Source: Alphaproteobacteria bacterium MarineAlpha12_Bin1 (lineage in GTDB: Bacteria; Pseudomonadota; Alphaproteobacteria; UBA6615). From it: DNA of 64,000 nt. Both the position numbers and the translations under genes were made by a program. Shown one piece after another: positions 50,609 through 60,284 of this stretch. Positions within the stretch are counted from its first letter, which is position 1. Each line of letters opens with the position of its first letter. The stretch is from positions 199,898-263,897 of the forward strand of contig PTJY01000003.1 in the NCBI GenBank assembly GCA_002937505.1. Direction: 5' to 3'. The notes below the pieces were generated by a model. That model was not told the origin of the DNA. It made no database searches and saw only the letters and a list, made by a program, of their open reading frames with translations.

Positions 50609-50642
50609 AAAAAATAAGAGCCCTTCACTCATTGGGCTCTTA
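50609..50642 (-). terminator. Rho-independent terminator
   Basis: TAAGAGCCC (50615-50623)/GGGCTCTTA (50634-50642) stem followed by a T run on the minus strand, downstream of the 50687..51091 gene. Confidence 0.7.
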
Positions 50643-50686
50643 ATCTTTACTGGAAAACCTTCAAAAAGTTTCAAAAATATTTTTAT

Positions 50687-51091
50687 TTATTTCCACTCCC
50701 AAATTTCCCAAGTTGCATTACCTTCAGCATCAACATCCCACTCGTAAACCGCGGCAATTCCATTTAGACTAGAAAGGGATGGTGCGGACGTTTCAAAGTA
50801 AACAGAGCCCCTAAAGGCCGCACCACCATCTGATGTAAAATTACCAACTCCTGTTGCCCTAAAAGTTCCAACACCATCTTGAGCCATTACAACTCCTTGG
50901 TTAGGGCATTCACCTATAAGACTGCCATCTGATCTCATCTGAGCCCAATAAGTAGCTAAGGTATGCACTTCAACTCCTGCAAGAGTACCGTCTCCTTCTG
51001 CTGTAGTCTCAAATTTGGGAAGCGAGCCTTCAGCCGGTAAAGGTTTGTTTGAGCAAGAAGCCTTTAAAGAACCGATTTTTTCTCCCAACAT
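50687..51091 (-). CDS. Conserved-looking hypothetical all-beta protein
   Basis: GGAGAG SD before MLGEKIG, Gly-rich beta-strand pattern, ends WEIWEWK, has its own terminator. Confidence 0.75.
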   Translation of the reverse strand: MLGEKIGSLKASCSNKPLPAEGSLPKFETTAEGDGTLAGVEVHTLATYWAQMRSDGSLIGECPNQGVVMAQDGVGTFRATGVGNFTSDGGAAFRGSVYFETSAPSLSSLNGIAAVYEWDVDAEGNATWEIWEWK

Positions 51092-51206
51092 ATCTCTCTC
51101 CAATCACTGTTTATTATAATATTTTGTATGCAGATTAACACATATAAGTAAGTTTAACTTATTCTTACGAACACTATTCTAGTAATAGATCACTTTTATC
51201 AGTTAT

Positions 51207-52361
51207 TCAAAGTTTCTGAGCAACACCAGCTGCTGCTTCGCCAAGCAGACGACAACGGATACCCGTGCCCGCCCCTTCGCATTGAAAATTGGTGCAATAA
51301 CTAAAAGCTAAGTTTCGTTCCCTGTCACAAAAACCAAGCGCGCCGCCAGAACCTAATTTACCGAAAGCGGTCATATTCCTACCCATAGCTATGTATGGTG
51401 GGCTATTGTGCTCAAACCCTAGGCCCATTCGCAGATCCCAGCCGGTCATATAGCAAGTGTCTTCCCAAACCAATTTAGACGCCTGCTCCACAGTTGTTGG
51501 CTTAAGAATTCTTATGCCTTCAACTTCACCATCACCAGCTAACATGGCATATATTTTAGCTACACCGCGTGCATTACCATGTCCACCAAAAGCTGGTAAC
51601 TCTCCTTCTCTTATTTCCTTACAATTCAGTAAATCATCTCTCTCGGGACGTCCTGACCAGGCTCGATGCAAATTTGAACCCGGTTGAGCTCCATCCGACC
51701 AAAAAACGTTTTCAGGATTCAAGTGCATTGTAGCGCAGAGATTTGATTCGTCAGGGGATAGTCCAATATTATATTCAGCGTCAAGTGGACCCGATATTTC
51801 ATCGCGAATAAACTGACCTATCGATTTTCCCGAAACGTGACGCACCACCTCGCCAAGAATAAATCCAATATTTATCGTATTATATGCCCCCTTTGTCCCT
51901 GCTTCAAAAGCAGGCTCCTGTGCAGCAATAGCAGCGCACTGGGCCGCGTAGTTAAACCAATCACCGGGAACAGCTTGATCCGAAAAAATAGCGCCACATT
52001 CATGTCCAAGAACATGACTAACAAGAATATGTGACTTTCCCTTTTGAGCGAACTCAGGCCAATATTCTGCGACCGGAGCATTAATATTAACCTTACCTTG
52101 ATCTGATAGAACATGAACTGCCAAGGCGCACATAGACTTAGCCACCGAATTCATAAGTACTATGGTTTCCTCAACCCATGGGCTTTGACGATCTTCATCC
52201 TTGTGCCCTCCCCAAAGATCAACCACCTTTTCTCCATCTTTATAAACACAAACTCCAGCACCAATCTCCTTCCGACTAGAAAAATTCTCATAAAAAGTTT
52301 CCTCAACCGACGCAAACTCAGAATTGCAAAAACCTTCGATTGGTATCCCGTTATTCGTCAT
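51207..52361 (-). CDS. Serine hydrolase, beta-lactamase class C/esterase VIII family
   Basis: GAGVCVYKDGEKVVDLWGG, S-x-x-K (NSVAK), PVAEYWPEF, GAYN, AFGKLGSGG; no signal peptide. Confidence 0.88.
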   Translation of the reverse strand: MTNNGIPIEGFCNSEFASVEETFYENFSSRKEIGAGVCVYKDGEKVVDLWGGHKDEDRQSPWVEETIVLMNSVAKSMCALAVHVLSDQGKVNINAPVAEYWPEFAQKGKSHILVSHVLGHECGAIFSDQAVPGDWFNYAAQCAAIAAQEPAFEAGTKGAYNTINIGFILGEVVRHVSGKSIGQFIRDEISGPLDAEYNIGLSPDESNLCATMHLNPENVFWSDGAQPGSNLHRAWSGRPERDDLLNCKEIREGELPAFGGHGNARGVAKIYAMLAGDGEVEGIRILKPTTVEQASKLVWEDTCYMTGWDLRMGLGFEHNSPPYIAMGRNMTAFGKLGSGGALGFCDRERNLAFSYCTNFQCEGAGTGIRCRLLGEAAAGVAQKL

Positions 52362-52532
52362 AGTTCCTCCAGATAATACTCTAATCCAAGCCTAGTTAAT
52401 TCTCCTAATGTAATACTAAAGTGCCATTATTGCATTCTTCTTTTCCGTGGTGAATGCCCTTGTTGAGTCTTTATCACTCATCTATGATTTATATAATAAC
52501 TATTCTTAAAAAAGATAAGGGGTTAAAAGCTT

Positions 52533-52925
52533 ATGTCCACTGAACTTGAGATGCTGGTTTGGGTTTCTGGTTTAACGATTTTGATGTGGGTTCCATACAT
52601 CTTATCACATATTTCTAATAATGGACTTATGCCGTCTTTGACATATCAAGCGGATGAGAATTCTTTGACTGGATGGGCATTACGAGCCAAACGTGCCCAT
52701 TATAATGCAGTTGAAAATCTAGCTCCATTCGCAGCTTTAGTTATTGCTGCAAATTTAGCTGGAGTTACGAATGATGCGACTGTTTCCGCAGCAATTGCTT
52801 ATTTCTGGCTACGATTAGCTCACTATTTGACTTATTTAGCCGGCATACCATTTGCCCGGACACTAACTTTTGCCGGAGGTTGGTTAGCACAACTCTGTAT
52901 TCTATACCAAATTATAATAGCTTAA
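52533..52925 (+). CDS. MAPEG family membrane protein
   Basis: WALRAKRAHYNAVENL.PFA, hydrophobic helices, RLAH...Y. Confidence 0.85.
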   Translation: MSTELEMLVWVSGLTILMWVPYILSHISNNGLMPSLTYQADENSLTGWALRAKRAHYNAVENLAPFAALVIAANLAGVTNDATVSAAIAYFWLRLAHYLTYLAGIPFARTLTFAGGWLAQLCILYQIIIA

Positions 52926-52999
52926 TGCCATGGATTGCTTATGTTCAGATGTTAAATTTAAATAGAACCAAAGAAAACGGTTTTAGATAAATGTTCGAA

Positions 53000-54004
53000 C
53001 TAATCTAATCTCGGTTGTAAGACGATTTTGCCAAGAACCTTGCCTTCTTCCAACTGTTTGTGAGCTAACACAGCTTCACCAAGAGAAAGCTTTGAAAAGA
53101 TAACCGGTTTTATTCGTTCCTCGGCAATCATATCGATGAGCATAGATAAATCTTTAGAAGTATCCTCTGGGTTTTCGTCATACGAGTGGATAGAGAACAT
53201 GCGCACAGCGGGACTATGGTTCCACCTCTTACATTGTGCAGCGAACACATCATCTGTAGGTAATCCACCGATCAACCCATAGAGCACCAATGTGCCTGCA
53301 GGTGCTAATAAATCTAAGTAACCCACAAATTTTTCTCCCCCTACTGGATCAATGAAGTGGTCTACTCCTCGGTCATCAGTAATCTCCATTATACGTTTAG
53401 CCAAATCCTCTGTAAGGGTATTGATCACATGGTCAGCATTCTGATCACGGGCAAAGCTTGCCTTACTATCACTTCTCACAACAGCAATTGTTTCCAAGTC
53501 GGCATCTTTTGAAAGTTGCATCAAGGCGCTTCCCAAACCACCAGCAGCACCAACAATAACTATTGTTTCCCCTTTTCTTGCCCTCACTGCAGTATGCAAT
53601 ATGCGATGAGCAACTCTGTAATTTGTTAGACAAGCTGCCTCGGCAAGATCAACGTCATCACGACATGGAACGACAAAATCTGCATCTACAGAAACGTATT
53701 CTGCATAACAACTTCGTGTAGGAACATTTGTTACAATAACTGCATCACCATTTTTGTGACCTGTTACATCTTCCCCGATAGTCTCAATATATCCACTCAT
53801 TTCAATGCCAGGAATAGTCGGTAGTTCTGGCATCCAGGGATAACGCCCATTTCGGACTAGTTGATCAGCCAGCCCAACTCCGATTGAATGGGCCCGCACC
53901 AGAACCTCTCTTGGTCCTGGAGTCGGTCGGTTAATTTCATCGAGTTGAAGGACTTCTGGACCGCCTGTATGATGCAAGCGTATAGCGTTCATTGGGTTTT
54001 GCAT
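53000..54004 (-). CDS. Quinone oxidoreductase (MDR family)
   Basis: GGPEVLQ, PGIEMSG, GAAGGLG, AHKQLE...GKIVL. Confidence 0.85.
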   Translation of the reverse strand: MQNPMNAIRLHHTGGPEVLQLDEINRPTPGPREVLVRAHSIGVGLADQLVRNGRYPWMPELPTIPGIEMSGYIETIGEDVTGHKNGDAVIVTNVPTRSCYAEYVSVDADFVVPCRDDVDLAEAACLTNYRVAHRILHTAVRARKGETIVIVGAAGGLGSALMQLSKDADLETIAVVRSDSKASFARDQNADHVINTLTEDLAKRIMEITDDRGVDHFIDPVGGEKFVGYLDLLAPAGTLVLYGLIGGLPTDDVFAAQCKRWNHSPAVRMFSIHSYDENPEDTSKDLSMLIDMIAEERIKPVIFSKLSLGEAVLAHKQLEEGKVLGKIVLQPRLD

Positions 54005-54012
54005 CTGGTTTA

Positions 54013-54807
54013 TTATCCTATATTTGACGACAAACCACCATCAACTGGCATTATAATACCAGTTATGTAATTTGCCTCATCGGAAGCTAAAAATACTGCC
54101 GCATTTGCCACATCCCAGGCAGTGCCCATACGACGCAATAGTGGTACTCTTGCATCCCGTCCCCTTCTAACTGCATCTCTGTCTATTTTCTGCTCACGAG
54201 CTCTTCGTTCTATTGCCATTGGAGTATCCATAAGGCCTGGCAAAATGACATTTGCTCGAACTCCATAAGCTGCGTTTTCCATTGCAAGGTGGTGCGTCAT
54301 TGTATTAACAGCGCCCTTACCTGTCTTATATGTAATGCTATTGTGAGAACAGATAGAAGCTATTGAGGAGATATTTATTATCACTCCCTCTTTCTGATCT
54401 CTCATTACAGGAAGAACATGCTTGCAGGTCATAAACATGCCCTTCACATTCATTTCCATTAGCTGATCCCATATTGATGCATCCATTTCCTGGGTTTCAG
54501 TATCACCTTCAGAACGACCAACATTGTTATGCAAGATGTCAATTTTACCAAAATGCTTGTAGCACTCCTGAGCAATATTTTTACAATTAGATTCTTCTGT
54601 AATATCGGCGGTAAGTATTTTACAAATACCACCATTCTCTTCTATCATCCTAGATGTATCGGTTACCCAGTCTCTATTCTTATCTACTAAGAGTACCTTT
54701 GCACCTTCTTGTGCAAAACGAACAGCTGTAGCCCTACCATTACCAATTGTTTCACCGGGTTGCTGTCCAGCGCCGACCACAATAGCAACTTTATCCTTCA
54801 ATCTCAT
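54013..54807 (-). CDS. SDR oxidoreductase
   Basis: VVGAGQ..GETIGNGRA, LHNNVG, YKTGK, ILPGLMDTPM, GTAWDVANAA.FLASD. Confidence 0.88.
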   Translation of the reverse strand: MRLKDKVAIVVGAGQQPGETIGNGRATAVRFAQEGAKVLLVDKNRDWVTDTSRMIEENGGICKILTADITEESNCKNIAQECYKHFGKIDILHNNVGRSEGDTETQEMDASIWDQLMEMNVKGMFMTCKHVLPVMRDQKEGVIINISSIASICSHNSITYKTGKGAVNTMTHHLAMENAAYGVRANVILPGLMDTPMAIERRAREQKIDRDAVRRGRDARVPLLRRMGTAWDVANAAVFLASDEANYITGIIMPVDGGLSSNIG

Positions 54808-54843
54808 TGCCCTTCTCCTGGTTCATCCCTTCTGTTTGTTTTC

Positions 54844-55956
54844 CTAAAACTCCACAACGGAACGGATCGACTTTCCCTCATGCATGAGGTTAAACCCATG
54901 GTTAATTTCGTTTAAGCTGAGCTTATGAGTAATCATCGGATCAATTTCTATTTTGCCATCCATATACCAGTCGACAATATTGGGCACATCAGTTCTGCCC
55001 GACGCACCACCAAATGCGGTACCTCTCCAAACACGACCCGTAACTAGCTGGAATGGTCTTGTATTAATTTCAGCTCCGGCAGGAGCTACACCAATTATAA
55101 TACTTTCTCCCCATCCTTTATGAGCAGACTCTAATGCAATGCGCATCACAGAAACATTACCAGTAGCATCAAAGGTATAATCGGCGCCGCCGTTAGTCAG
55201 ATCAACTAGGTAGGCAACTAAATCTCCTTGTATATCTGACGGATTAACGAAATCTGTCATACCAAAATGGCTACCCATTGAAGCTTTACTAGCATTAATA
55301 TCAACACCGACGATTTGATCTGCTCCAGAGAGACGAAGGCCCTGAATCACATTCAGCCCTATGCCCCCAAGACCAAACACAATTGCTCGGCTCCCGATCT
55401 CGACTTTTGCGGTGTTAATAACTGCTCCGACGCCTGTCGTAACACCACATCCGATATAACAGATCTTATCAAATGGAGCGTCTTTTCGTACTTTTGCAAG
55501 TGCAATCTCTGGCACAACTGTATGGTTTGCAAAAGTAGAACATCCCATATAGTGATATATCGGTGTACCATCCAACATTGAAAAACGTGTAGACCCGTCA
55601 GGCAAAAGGCCCTGACCTTGAGTCGTCCGAATTGACTGACAGAGATTGGTTTTGGGGTTAAGGCAATAATCACATTCCCGGCATTCAGGCGTGTAAAGCG
55701 GGATCACATGGTCACCAATTTCAAGGCTGGTCACGCCTTCACCAACATCAATAACAATCCCGGCACCTTCATGACCTAGTATTGCGGGAAATATGCCCTC
55801 TGGATCATCGCCAGATCGAGTGAAATCATCAGTATGGCAGAGGCCAGTTGCCTTAATTTCCACTAATACCTCTCCTTTGCGTGGCATTTCTAAATTGACT
55901 TCCATGATTTCTAACTGTTTTCCAGCTTCTAAAGCGACTGCTGCACGTGTTTTCAT
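54844..55956 (-). CDS. frmA: S-(hydroxymethyl)glutathione dehydrogenase / class III ADH
   Basis: CHTD, GHEGAG, LYTPECREC..C...KTNLC, YMGCSTF, TRPFQLVTGRVW.G.AFGG. Confidence 0.96.
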   Translation of the reverse strand: MKTRAAVALEAGKQLEIMEVNLEMPRKGEVLVEIKATGLCHTDDFTRSGDDPEGIFPAILGHEGAGIVIDVGEGVTSLEIGDHVIPLYTPECRECDYCLNPKTNLCQSIRTTQGQGLLPDGSTRFSMLDGTPIYHYMGCSTFANHTVVPEIALAKVRKDAPFDKICYIGCGVTTGVGAVINTAKVEIGSRAIVFGLGGIGLNVIQGLRLSGADQIVGVDINASKASMGSHFGMTDFVNPSDIQGDLVAYLVDLTNGGADYTFDATGNVSVMRIALESAHKGWGESIIIGVAPAGAEINTRPFQLVTGRVWRGTAFGGASGRTDVPNIVDWYMDGKIEIDPMITHKLSLNEINHGFNLMHEGKSIRSVVEF

Positions 55957-56066
55957 TTAATTACCCCCTTGAAAAATTCTTTTTCTTAATTCTCTATCTT
56001 ATTTTTGTAACTTGATAAAAAACTATCCTATCTTCATGTTCCAATATAAGCGGAACTAAAGAGGCT

Positions 56067-56639
56067 TTACTCAATAAATAATATCTCTTTTATATATATT
56101 TTTGCCTGATGGTTTCTTCCAATAGCAACTATGCCCAAGGACGTAATACCTCTAGATTGAACAGTATTTGCTAACAGAAAACCTGATTTTTTGAATCCCT
56201 TAATTGGTAATATAAATTCCTTAAATTCTTCAGTGACAATAAATTCAGATTGATAGTACTGCCATGGAAACAACATTCCAGTAGTGCGTAAGTGAATAAA
56301 ATATTTTTGATTGTTACCTTTAGCTACGATTTTAATATATTTAGCTTTTGTTAAATTGTGATCCCTTAAGTTTCTCCGTATTTGTATAAATCCTCCATTA
56401 TTCTCGGTGGTCACATTTCCTGATAGTAAAGCATGAAAAGATCCTTCTTTTGTCTCAAAAACAACTGTTCCTGTTGAAACTCCACCCATTACAGCATCTG
56501 TAATGAATCTCCACTGATTTTGATCACGAAAGTTATCTCTAAAGACAACGTCCCCGGGTGATTTATTTATCGTAATTATCAAAACTAACAATAAAACGAC
56601 AATCGTATGAAAGAATGTTTTCAAATTTAAAAATCTCAA
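56067..56639 (-). CDS. CIA30 family protein
   Basis: W.FITD.VMGGVS, V.TENNGGFIQ, PWQYY; N-terminal hydrophobic segment. Confidence 0.85.
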   Translation of the reverse strand: MRFLNLKTFFHTIVVLLLVLIITINKSPGDVVFRDNFRDQNQWRFITDAVMGGVSTGTVVFETKEGSFHALLSGNVTTENNGGFIQIRRNLRDHNLTKAKYIKIVAKGNNQKYFIHLRTTGMLFPWQYYQSEFIVTEEFKEFILPIKGFKKSGFLLANTVQSRGITSLGIVAIGRNHQAKIYIKEILFIE

Positions 56640-56737
56640 CCAACAGCCACTTCAGTATCTAAAACTTACTGGATACAAAAATTTCACCGTTCGGATTATT
56701 TGTATTGTTGTAAATGACAAGGCTTTTCCATTATCCA

Positions 56738-57619
56738 TTAATCTTTTCGAATGTTATCAGTCTGCAGCGCCTCATAGATAATTGATAGCTCGCCTTCAAG
56801 TAATCCCATCTCAGCAACTTTCGCATAATAATCTCTAGTAAGACGTGCCACCGGCGCGGCCACCCCCAAACCATCCGCATGTTCGACAATATACCGCGTA
56901 TCCTTTTCAACCAAACTAGCCGGTGCTGGCGCCGGATTCCATTTCCTCGCAGCCATTAGAGGCGCACGTAATTCAAACTGAGTTGATGTAGCAACACTAG
57001 ATGTAACTGCCTCAATTATTTGTTCTGGCTCCAAGCCCGATGCGATACCAATATTCAGAGCTTCGGCTGTTACCAAAACGTGATTTGTCACCATAGCGTT
57101 TAGCACAAATTTAAGTTTAATGCCGTGACCAAAAGGACCAACATAGGGGCACTTGGGTGCCAACACTTCAAGGACAGGTCGAATTTCATCACAGGCGTCT
57201 TCATCACCACTTAACATAATTACTGCTTGTTTAGTCTGCATTGCATCAGGAGTACCGCTGATCGGAGTGTCTAGAACAAGGGCACCAGCAGGTGTGAGTG
57301 ACTCATAAACACGTTCCTTTAGATTAACTCCAAAAGTGCCCATATCAGCTACTACCAGCCCTTTCAGCACTCCTTCGGAGAGACCATCAGCGCCAAAGAT
57401 TGCTGTCTCCACATCTTCTTCACGAGCGAGGAGTACAATTAAAAAGTCTGTCATTTCTCCAAGCTCTCTCGGATTAGCAACAAGTTCTCCCCCCTCATCA
57501 AGTAACCATCGTGTGCTCTTCCTATCCACTGCAAAGACCTTCTGGCCATTAGCTAGTAATAACCGTGCCGCCATACCACCCATTCGCCCGAGACCTAGAA
57601 TCCCAATTTTATTTATCAT
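56738..57619 (-). CDS. 3-hydroxyisobutyrate/beta-hydroxyacid dehydrogenase family
   Basis: GILGLGRMG, DTPISG, catalytic KFVLN, KD motif. Confidence 0.87.
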   Translation of the reverse strand: MINKIGILGLGRMGGMAARLLLANGQKVFAVDRKSTRWLLDEGGELVANPRELGEMTDFLIVLLAREEDVETAIFGADGLSEGVLKGLVVADMGTFGVNLKERVYESLTPAGALVLDTPISGTPDAMQTKQAVIMLSGDEDACDEIRPVLEVLAPKCPYVGPFGHGIKLKFVLNAMVTNHVLVTAEALNIGIASGLEPEQIIEAVTSSVATSTQFELRAPLMAARKWNPAPAPASLVEKDTRYIVEHADGLGVAAPVARLTRDYYAKVAEMGLLEGELSIIYEALQTDNIRKD

Positions 57620-57716
57620 GATGATATATCTTTCTTTATTTGGTAATTCTGACGAGCCCGAATCTAACCCTACTTCATATTATTCAGTTTGATTATTTTG
57701 AATTCTAGCAGAAATA

Positions 57717-57932
57717 CTAGGGGTTTAATGTGTCAGGCTCTCTTCCCCAAGATATTTTATTCCAAAATCGTTCATGCACATAATAAAAGAAAGATGGAAT
57801 TATAGAACCGAGGCCAAAAATTCCCGCGTTTGTAACGCTACCCGTAGCAATATAGCCAAAAACTGCCCAATATAAAAAAACAAATGAACGCCAGGTTATG
57901 GTCTTTAAAAGCGATCTTTTTTTGGTTTCCAT
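57717..57932 (-). CDS. DUF2061 family small membrane protein
   Basis: ETKKRSLLKTITWR ... YYVHERFW..I.WG signature. Confidence 0.85.
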   Translation of the reverse strand: METKKRSLLKTITWRSFVFLYWAVFGYIATGSVTNAGIFGLGSIIPSFFYYVHERFWNKISWGREPDTLNP

Positions 57933-58076
57933 AATGACTCCATTTTTTATAACGAAAAATAATCTATGCTGAAGTTAAGTGGACATATTAATCTTAATAG
58001 AATTAATAAGCTAAAAGACTTATATGTTACCACTATGTTGTTAGAGTTTATTTTATTAAGTCAGTTCGCAAGAAGT

Positions 58077-60284
58077 TTAAGACCTTTCCTTATCCCATAT
58101 CGCATTTGCTGATTTTTGATTTTCAGACATACCAGTTCCCGTTGATTCAACGGGGTTGTAGTGAAGCGGTTTAGGGTTTCCAGCTTCTATACGTTTTAGT
58201 GCTTTTTCAGGTGTTTCCAGTAATTCTTTTGCTTTTACTGCTGCCTTACGATCTAACATTACGGGATCACCTGCATCAGGTGGTGGCATGACATCAGCAT
58301 TATAATAGGCCACTTTCTGCCTAGAAGAATCGAGTTTACGTTGAAGATTTAAATCACGTTGGTTTACTCCTACTGGTGGAAGGACGCATCTACCGTCAAC
58401 TATTTCTAAATCCAACCACCACTTTTTTACGGGATTACGTATACCGTGTCCCATGGTATCATCAAGTCTTACAGCAAGAGGAATTAAAAAGGGTTTTATC
58501 CAACGTAAATTAACGCCACACCAAGAGGCCACCCTAGTGGCGATAGGACCTTCCCAAGTAACAACCTTATTTAGTGGGCAAGTTTTCATACACCGTCCAC
58601 ACGCGGTGCCCTTAGGATTTGTTAGGCGATATCTAGTACACCGTTCTACATCCGGTTTCCACATTTCGTAGCCATTAAACATCACTTTATCGCCTAAAGA
58701 AATGGCGTCACAGGGGCATTCCCGAGCACATTTCAAACAGTTTGAACAAAAGTCTTGAAGGCCAAAATCCATTGGTCTATCTGGCAGCAACGGTAAATCG
58801 GTTGTTATAACTACAGTTTTTAAACGTGGACCTATAAAGGGGTTTAAGATTACTTCACCAATTCGACTTAATTCACCAAGACCAGCCAAAAGCGTTAATG
58901 GCACATGAAGCACATCCGAATCGGCGTTTGTTTGTGAGCGTGAAGAATAACCTAGAGAGCGAAAAAGCTCAGCCATAATTCCAGAAATCTCCGCACCTCG
59001 CATATACGCTCTCATCGACTGAGAACCAGAGATATAGTCGTCACCAGAGGCTCCTTCCATTGTCTCATATCCCTGATCAATGAGCATTACGATAGCATAC
59101 TTATTGTACGGTTCAATTTGGCTGCCGTCTTTGTTATGTGAATACCAAGCGTAACTAGGAATTTCGCAAATTCCCGTCATTTCACAACCTAAGAAATAGG
59201 AAAGAGATTTCACAGCCATGGAATTAGTTGCGGGATTATCATACCCTTCTACTTTATTGTAAGGAGCACCACCCTGTTCTGGCACCATACATTTGATCAA
59301 ACTTACCATTGATTGTGCAAATGGATGTTTAAAGGCGAAACGTGACCTCTCTTTTTGAGATTTGACACCAAGGTCTCCTCTTGCAGCACGCTCAAAAAAC
59401 TCCGCTCTCTTTGAAACCTTTGGAACTTCATTATCAATAATTAACGTCGTAGGACGATCGACTCGATCCACTTGTTCTAGAGGGTACTTGCTCATGTGGG
59501 TTGGACGCTTTTCCCTACGACGCCATTCCAGACCTGGAACAGCACCTCCTGCGCCAAACATGTATCCAATTCCCTTTGCTTTCTTTGCTCCAGCACCTAG
59601 TGGAAGGTCACAATATAACTCATATTCTGTCGTTAGCGCAGCGATAGAGAATTTTTCACCCAAATATGGATTTATAATATTGTTCTTATTTCGAATAGCT
59701 AGTCCACTCAAAACTGCTAAACGTTCAAGATCAACAGAGCCCGTTTCCCAGTCATGAGCATTAGCAGAAAAGCCCATCCATTGGATGTGTTCAGCGAGAG
59801 CCAACGAAATTTCAAAAGCCCTCAATTCACCGGCAACATTTTCAACCCCCCTAATCCAAGAATAAGCGAGATTATTAACTTCCGGAGTACGACCGTGTGC
59901 TACTATAATGACTACAGCGTGATTATGATCATATTTTTTTTCGTTCATCAACCAAACATTATTTGGAATTCTACATATACCTATTCCCGATGCATCAAGA
60001 AAATAGCCACCTCCCTTAATATCTTGGCTACGGCGTTTTAAATCATCAGGGACAGGTGCTTTTTCTGGTAAAGGATCAACGTGTCCAGTTTTTCTGAAAA
60101 TGCCGTGGTATTTACTAAGAGCTTTGCCAAGTAAATTAGTTGGATCTGAAAATTGACGTTGCTGACGAGGTAGCTGGGATCGGGCAGCCTCAGTCTGAAT
60201 TACCTGCTCATCATGAGGTAGGCGTTCTAAAGCGTAAGGCCCCCAATGAAAGGGCCTGTCCTTATTTTTTGAGGTAAAGAGCAT
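58077..60284 (-). CDS. Cobalamin-dependent catabolic reductive dehalogenase (NpRdhA/BhbA-like)
   Basis: Two Fe-S motifs (CSNCLKCARECP; C..C.RCMKTCP), AGLGELSRIG...NPF.GPR, duplicated RP.H...Y.LE modules; no Tat leader, no C-terminal reductase domain. Confidence 0.93.
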   Translation of the reverse strand: MLFTSKNKDRPFHWGPYALERLPHDEQVIQTEAARSQLPRQQRQFSDPTNLLGKALSKYHGIFRKTGHVDPLPEKAPVPDDLKRRSQDIKGGGYFLDASGIGICRIPNNVWLMNEKKYDHNHAVVIIVAHGRTPEVNNLAYSWIRGVENVAGELRAFEISLALAEHIQWMGFSANAHDWETGSVDLERLAVLSGLAIRNKNNIINPYLGEKFSIAALTTEYELYCDLPLGAGAKKAKGIGYMFGAGGAVPGLEWRRREKRPTHMSKYPLEQVDRVDRPTTLIIDNEVPKVSKRAEFFERAARGDLGVKSQKERSRFAFKHPFAQSMVSLIKCMVPEQGGAPYNKVEGYDNPATNSMAVKSLSYFLGCEMTGICEIPSYAWYSHNKDGSQIEPYNKYAIVMLIDQGYETMEGASGDDYISGSQSMRAYMRGAEISGIMAELFRSLGYSSRSQTNADSDVLHVPLTLLAGLGELSRIGEVILNPFIGPRLKTVVITTDLPLLPDRPMDFGLQDFCSNCLKCARECPCDAISLGDKVMFNGYEMWKPDVERCTRYRLTNPKGTACGRCMKTCPLNKVVTWEGPIATRVASWCGVNLRWIKPFLIPLAVRLDDTMGHGIRNPVKKWWLDLEIVDGRCVLPPVGVNQRDLNLQRKLDSSRQKVAYYNADVMPPPDAGDPVMLDRKAAVKAKELLETPEKALKRIEAGNPKPLHYNPVESTGTGMSENQKSANAIWDKERS

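Noticed and set aside
51207-52361. Beta-lactam resistance gene
   Set aside because: No signal peptide, and the motifs match cytoplasmic family VIII esterases rather than AmpC.
58077-60284. Respiratory (organohalide-respiring) RdhA or QueG
   Set aside because: No Tat signal or rdhB-type anchor. The duplicated N-terminal domain, length and active-site residues fit the catabolic class; QueG is much shorter.
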